Assembly (NCBI GenBank): GCA_964549075.1 | Contig: CAZJUB010000041.1 | Coordinates: 10,857-22,097 of the forward strand | Source of the DNA: an uncultured archaeon | GTDB lineage: Archaea; Asgardarchaeota; Heimdallarchaeia; Heimdallarchaeales; Heimdallarchaeaceae | DNA length: 11,241 bases | Direction: 5' to 3' | Shown: in pieces, positions 6,942 to 11,241 of the stretch | Position numbering within the stretch: position 1 is the first letter of the stretch | Layout of the letters: each line of letters opens with the position of its first letter | Position numbers and translations under genes: made by a program | Notes under the pieces: generated by a model | The model's database searches: none | Told to the model about the DNA's origin: nothing | What the model saw: the letters and a program-made list of their open reading frames with translations, nothing else

Positions 6942-8480
6942 ATGAAAAATCAGCTCTCAATCGTTTTTATCCTCCTCATGATTGCTTCTCCTTTTACTCT
7001 TATTGAAACACACTCTCAACAAACTAATCCAATCATTGTCGATTATATTTATGCTAACAGTAAAATCATATCTCTAGATGAAACTAGTTCAATATATGAA
7101 GCAATAGCGATCAAAGATGGAGCAATCGTAGCTTTAGGTAGTACTGAAGATATTCTAGCGAACTATGAAGCAACAAATAATCAGTGTTATAACCTTGAAG
7201 GACGAACAATTATGCCCGGTATAATTGATGGACACACACACTATATGGCATCTTTGTTTTGGGTAGGCGATACAGGAAACATCTATGATGCTCAGAATCT
7301 AGCTTTAGCTAATGGCTATACTACTTTAAATGAAAAAAGCATAGATATTGGAGAACTTGAGTGGATGCAAAGTGCAGAACAAGATGGTACTCTTCGTCTG
7401 AGAGTTAATTGTTTTCTAATATACAATTTTGCTTGGTTAGAAGATGGCCATCCTGTACTAGTTGGAGCGTGGGAACCTGATGTTGCTCCAGTTAATGACC
7501 ATGATAGAAAATTACGAATTCCTGGTTTCAAAATCTACTCTGATGGTGCTGGGGGGAATAGAGGAGCACCTGCAATGAGTATTCCTTATACTCCTGAAAT
7601 GATGGCTGATTGGGGGATAAACAGTACCTATGGTGATCTCTATTTCAATCAAACTGAACTTAATACAATTGTTGATTCTCTTCAAGATAGAGGTTTTATT
7701 GTCGCATTTCATTCAATGGGAGATAGGTCAACTGAAACAGTGCTTAATGCCATAGAATACGCACTCAACGGTTCTACAAATGACAATTATAGACACCAAA
7801 TAGAGCACAACAGCTTCATTAGACCAGACCTTATCACTCAAGCTCAGAATTTGCACACCATTCATTCCGTTAGAGGATATTTTCCAACATATTGGCAAGA
7901 TGAATATGATGCACTCTACAATGAAACATGGAAAGACTGGTATATGAACAGATATTCATTACCAAGTGTGGTTCATGCTTATCTAGAAACAGATTTCTCA
8001 TATTTATATGGCTATGATGAAGACGATTGGAGTAGATCACCAAATATCAGACCATTTTTACATCTTTGGGGATTGGTTACTAGAAAAGCAATTGATGTAA
8101 ATGGTACAATACATGAACCAGATCCTTGGGTAGCAAATCATACAATAACAGTGGAACAAGCATTAAGAATGATGACTATAGAAGGAGCCTATGCTGTTAA
8201 GCAAGAGGATTATATAGGTTCTCTAGAAGTAGGAAAATATGCTGATTTAATTGTTCTGACAGCTGATCCTTTAACAATAAATCCTGATAATCTGAAAGAT
8301 ATTGAAGTCATGATCAATATGATAGACGGAAAAGTAGAATTTCAAATAGCAAGTCATACATTCCCTCTACCTTATCCACCATCAACTCCAGCAGATACTG
8401 AACCAACTTCTTGGATAGTACTATTCTCAATTCTTGGATTAACCTGTATTACTTCAATTACTAGAGTAAAAAGAGAGTAA
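6942..8480 (+). CDS. Secreted, C-terminally anchored metal-dependent amidohydrolase (Amidohydro_3 / YtcJ-like)
   Basis: Signal peptide MKNQLSIVFILLMIASPFTLI. Catalytic motifs MPGIIDGHTH, GFKIYSDG, AFHSMGD, RHQIEH, ETDF and GSLEVGKYADLIVL. Pro/Thr linker, TM helix and RVKRE at the C-terminus. The ORF track starts at GTG 6927. Confidence 0.88.
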   Translation: MKNQLSIVFILLMIASPFTLIETHSQQTNPIIVDYIYANSKIISLDETSSIYEAIAIKDGAIVALGSTEDILANYEATNNQCYNLEGRTIMPGIIDGHTHYMASLFWVGDTGNIYDAQNLALANGYTTLNEKSIDIGELEWMQSAEQDGTLRLRVNCFLIYNFAWLEDGHPVLVGAWEPDVAPVNDHDRKLRIPGFKIYSDGAGGNRGAPAMSIPYTPEMMADWGINSTYGDLYFNQTELNTIVDSLQDRGFIVAFHSMGDRSTETVLNAIEYALNGSTNDNYRHQIEHNSFIRPDLITQAQNLHTIHSVRGYFPTYWQDEYDALYNETWKDWYMNRYSLPSVVHAYLETDFSYLYGYDEDDWSRSPNIRPFLHLWGLVTRKAIDVNGTIHEPDPWVANHTITVEQALRMMTIEGAYAVKQEDYIGSLEVGKYADLIVLTADPLTINPDNLKDIEVMINMIDGKVEFQIASHTFPLPYPPSTPADTEPTSWIVLFSILGLTCITSITRVKRE

Positions 8481-8490
8481 ATAATGAAAA

Positions 8491-8526
8491 TAGAGGAATT
8501 TTCTCCTCTAATTATGATTTTATTTA
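8491..8526 (+). terminator. Hairpin plus T-rich tail after the amidohydrolase gene
   Basis: TAGAGGA (8491-8497) pairs with TCCTCTA (8504-8510): perfect 7-bp stem, 6-nt loop, followed by ATTATGATTTTATTT. Confidence 0.45.
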
Positions 8527-8547
8527 TGACTATATAATTACAACTGA

Positions 8548-8563
8548 GACAAAAGTTTATATA
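8548..8563 (+). promoter_or_regulatory. BRE-TATA promoter of the PNPOx-like/MarR operon
   Basis: GACAAAAG followed by a consensus-like archaeal TATA box TTTATATA (8556-8563). Confidence 0.6.
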
Positions 8564-8598
8564 GTTCGACATAATATTGTTCGATATCGAACTATATT
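8559..8598 (+). promoter_or_regulatory. Palindromic operator, probable MarR binding site
   Basis: Perfect 14-bp palindrome GTTCGATATCGAAC (8579-8592) extends to 26 bp with one mismatched pair (8573-8598). An extra half-site ATATAGTTCGA (8559-8569) overlaps the TATA box. Confidence 0.7.
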
Positions 8599-8607
8599 GT
8601 GATACAT

Positions 8608-9054
8608 ATGAAAAAAGGAGAAATGATAGAAGAAGCAATAAAAAAATCTCTCGAATTGGTTAATAGAAGCAATATTGCTATGGTAGGGACTATAGGTAAT
8701 GACAATTTTCCAAACATCAAGGCGATGATAAATGCCAAGCATGATGGTTTGAAAGAGATATGGTTTTCCACAAATACTTCATCAAAGAGGATAACACAAT
8801 TAAAACTCAGCAATAAAACATGTGTTTATTTTGTTGATTTTGACGAGTGGGAGGGACTGATGTTAATAGGAAAGACTGAAATCAAACGAGACAAAGAATC
8901 TAGGGAAATGCTCTGGGAAGAAGGTTGTGAGCAATATTATCCTCTAGGAATAGATGATCCAGATTACTCTGTATTGCATTTTACAGCTGAAACAGGAGAT
9001 TATTACAAAAGTCCATGCAAAGTTTCTTTTCTAATACCGGAAAATTTAGAATGA
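8608..9054 (+). CDS. Pyridoxamine 5'-phosphate oxidase-like FMN-binding split-barrel protein (general stress protein 26-like)
   Basis: VGTIGNDNFPNIKAM, IWFSTNTSSKRITQL, GLMLIG and YYPLGIDDPDYSVLHF are typical of this family. Start is uncertain (GTG 8599, ATG 8608 or ATG 8623). Confidence 0.85.
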   Translation: MKKGEMIEEAIKKSLELVNRSNIAMVGTIGNDNFPNIKAMINAKHDGLKEIWFSTNTSSKRITQLKLSNKTCVYFVDFDEWEGLMLIGKTEIKRDKESREMLWEEGCEQYYPLGIDDPDYSVLHFTAETGDYYKSPCKVSFLIPENLE

Positions 9055-9079
9055 ATAAAAACAAGGATAATTGAATATA

Positions 9080-9514
9080 ATGAAAAGACAGAGCAAAGGT
9101 GGTTTCCTTATTTCGAAGATTCACCAAATTTCGGGACGAATCTTTACAAAATTATTAAAACAAAGCAAATTAGATATGATCAACACAGCACAAGGAAGGA
9201 TCATGTTTCCTTTATGGAGAGAGGATGGGATATCAATTGTAAAACTTACGAAGGAAACAGCTCTAACTAAATCTACATTAACATCAATGTTAGACCGGCT
9301 AGAAGAATCAGGTTATTTACAAAGAGTTCCATCAAAAAAAGATAGACGCAAAATACTGATTTATTTGACAGAAGAAGGAAAAAGACTTCAAGAGAGATAC
9401 GCAGGAGTATCACAAGAAATGACTAATCTTTTCTATAGAGGATTCACAGATTCAGAAATTGATGAATTTGAAAAATATTTGGAAAGAATACTTGAGAATC
9501 TTGTAAAAGTTTAG
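9080..9514 (+). CDS. MarR-family transcriptional regulator
   Basis: Winged helix LTKSTLTSMLDRLEESGYLQR..SKKDRRKILIYLTEEG. Start is TTG 9071 or ATG 9080. Confidence 0.93.
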   Translation: MKRQSKGGFLISKIHQISGRIFTKLLKQSKLDMINTAQGRIMFPLWREDGISIVKLTKETALTKSTLTSMLDRLEESGYLQRVPSKKDRRKILIYLTEEGKRLQERYAGVSQEMTNLFYRGFTDSEIDEFEKYLERILENLVKV

Positions 9515-9588
9515 AAAATCTGTAATTCCGGTGATAAGAATTGACATGTTAGACAGTACTAGTTCTTTCTGAAGTTAAAAAAGATTCT

Positions 9589-9602
9589 CCAAATATTTAA
9601 TA
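9589..9602 (+). promoter_or_regulatory. Putative BRE-TATA for the DUF362 gene
   Basis: CCAAATA-TTTAATA, with the box starting 28-31 nt before the tandem ATGs at 9624 and 9627. Confidence 0.35.
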
Positions 9603-9623
9603 GAAGGTCTTCATAGTAAAATA

Positions 9624-10457
9624 ATGATGCTAGATTCTGTAGCCTTGGTCAAATTTGAACAAGATTTAAAAAAAACTCTAAGAGAAGGTATTGAACTTAT
9701 TAATGGTTTTGACAGCCTTAAATCCCCAGTTATAATAAAGCCAAATATATGTACTCAAGAAGATAAGACAGGTTTTGCAGTAGTAAAAGTAAAAGTAGTT
9801 GAGGAGTTAATAAGATTAATTCTCAAAGAGAACAAGGATTTGTCCATTAAAATTGTAGAATCAGATAGTATGAGTAAGTTTGCAGATCAAGCTTTTGATA
9901 AATTTGGGTATAAAAAATTAGAAACAAAACTCGAGGAATCAGGTCATGATGTATCACTAATCAACTTAAGTCACTCTTCATTAACCGAGATAGAGTTTGA
10001 AGGTAATTACTTTAAAAAACCAGAACTTCCTGATATACTTGTGAAAGATAAATTTTTTATTTCACTTGCTCTTGCTAAAACTCACTATTTGACTGGTATA
10101 ACTGGTACATTAAAGAATCTATTCGGTTTATTACCTAGGAAAGATCAGTCCTTTTATCATCCAAATATCAATAATGTAATAGTCGATTTAGGGAGAATCA
10201 TTCAACCTAATCTTTGTATTGTGGATGCTAGAGTTGGTCTTGAAGGATGGGCAGGACCAAAATCTCGAGAGATAAATAGGTTCATAATAGGTAAACAATC
10301 CGCTTCAACAGATGCAGTTATGGCTAAAGTAATGGGATTGAGACCTGAAAAAATTCATCATGTAGTTGAAGCAACCAAATATAATCTTGGTTCGCTGAAT
10401 CCTAATGTTATCGGAGAAAAAATCGAAACTTCTAGAGTACAGTTTAATTATTCTTAA
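9624..10457 (+). CDS. DUF362 domain-containing protein
   Basis: VIIKPN, IVESD, KTHYLTGITGTLKNLFG, FYH, IVDA...EG.GP and D..MAKVMG are DUF362 signatures. There is no C-terminal ferredoxin Cys motif. Confidence 0.85.
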   Translation: MMLDSVALVKFEQDLKKTLREGIELINGFDSLKSPVIIKPNICTQEDKTGFAVVKVKVVEELIRLILKENKDLSIKIVESDSMSKFADQAFDKFGYKKLETKLEESGHDVSLINLSHSSLTEIEFEGNYFKKPELPDILVKDKFFISLALAKTHYLTGITGTLKNLFGLLPRKDQSFYHPNINNVIVDLGRIIQPNLCIVDARVGLEGWAGPKSREINRFIIGKQSASTDAVMAKVMGLRPEKIHHVVEATKYNLGSLNPNVIGEKIETSRVQFNYS

Positions 10458-10470
10458 TTCAAACCCTCTT

Positions 10471-11241
10471 TCATAAAATCTTAAGCTGCTCTGATGCGTT
10501 CAAGAATAACTGAAGTGCTTCTTCTTTTGTTTCTCCCCATGCAAGTAAACCTTCTGTATGACCGAGTAGACAGACTGGAGCTTTTAGTTTTGGCTGAGTT
10601 CTATAGACTTCTTGAATAGCTCTTGCTATTGCTGGTGTCCCATATTCTGCATCTTCTGGTGTTGTACTCATTGTTAATTTTTTATGACTTTCCCACATTT
10701 TTTTGTGATGTACATGTATAACACAGTTCACCTCTGGTGCAATTTCATAGATAGCAGCATGTGTCATAGACTCAGAGGAAGGTTTTGATTGACCTTTAGA
10801 GATTACTCTGTTATTGTCAATATCATAATCTAAGACTAAAGCATAGTCCTCGTTAGAAGTCTCCTTCTTTTCCCCAGTCTGCGAACCAGTTACTATAAAT
10901 TGACCATCAGCTGTATATCGCACACTTGTATTCCCAAAACCAATATTAGGTGTAACAGGATGATCAGGAGGGTAAACTCCAATAAGGTTTAGTTCCCACA
11001 GCTTATCTCTTAGTTGAGCTAAAGGTTCTACCAATCCTCTATCTACCTTCATCTCTGCGGTTCTATGGTCTAGTTTATACTTTATGACTCCTTCGATAGG
11101 ATTTGATATCATTTTATCTATAAGACTTTCAAGCTCATTATAATTGCTAAGACTGATAGTATCAGCTATTGGTTTTTCTTCAATAGTAACATGTATTCCT
11201 TTCATTCCAACAAATTCAGCTACTTCTACATCTTGTTCCCA
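10471..11241 (-). CDS. Class II aldolase/adducin-family (MtnB/FucA-like) domain protein, 5'-truncated, probably with an N-terminal HAD domain
   Basis: GFGNTSVR, FIVTGS, KPSSESMTHAAIY, CVIHVH, YGT and GHTEG give the metal-binding His set. The frame stays open from 11205 to the window edge (WEQDVEVAEFVG-MKGIHV). Confidence 0.8.
   Translation of the reverse strand, partial: WEQDVEVAEFVGMKGIHVTIEEKPIADTISLSNYNELESLIDKMISNPIEGVIKYKLDHRTAEMKVDRGLVEPLAQLRDKLWELNLIGVYPPDHPVTPNIGFGNTSVRYTADGQFIVTGSQTGEKKETSNEDYALVLDYDIDNNRVISKGQSKPSSESMTHAAIYEIAPEVNCVIHVHHKKMWESHKKLTMSTTPEDAEYGTPAIARAIQEVYRTQPKLKAPVCLLGHTEGLLAWGETKEEALQLFLNASEQLKIL

Noticed and set aside
8559-8598. Repeated GTTCGA units as a CRISPR remnant, tRNA T-loop fragment or IS end
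   Set aside because: There are only three short half-sites, no spacers, no cloverleaf and no transposase. An operator explains them better.
12-8813. Short ORFs 12-302, 645-839, 1736-1996, 2100-2282, 3716-3979, 6626-6832, 7316-7531, 7512-7712, 8372-8638, 8557-8742 and 8592-8813
   Set aside because: All overlap longer, well-supported genes antisense or out of frame and show no recognisable motifs, so they are shadow ORFs.
9541-9570. TTGACA as a bacterial sigma70 -35 box, and TAGTTC (9560-9565) as a MarR half-site
   Set aside because: There is no -10 hexamer at 16-18 nt spacing, and the half-site has no inverted partner.

Overview
AT-rich, gene-dense window with no rRNA, tRNA, CRISPR array or mobile element that I can recognise. 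The signals look archaeal: BRE/TATA-like boxes about 30 nt before apparently leaderless first genes, Shine-Dalgarno (SD) motifs before operon-internal genes, oligo-T terminators, and a secreted, C-terminally anchored enzyme rich in N-glycosylation sequons. An Asgard-like host is an inference only. The centrepiece is a tight four-gene operon (1636-5735) encoding a 451-aa PP-loop/Cys4 adenylating enzyme (MurL-like, QueC-superfamily), an atypical threonine-synthase-like PLP enzyme, a Ddl-like ATP-grasp ligase lacking the canonical Ddl N-terminal motifs, and a GNAT. Together these look like an undescribed NRPS-independent pathway for a small modified peptide, possibly containing a D-amino acid. 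Flanking genes are a 5'-truncated polytopic membrane protein (possible acyltransferase), a tandem GNAT, a secreted YtcJ-type amidohydrolase, a PNPOx-like/MarR pair behind a clear palindromic operator, a DUF362 protein, and a class II aldolase gene that runs off the window and appears fused to an N-terminal HAD domain. All family calls come from motifs read by eye; no searches were run.
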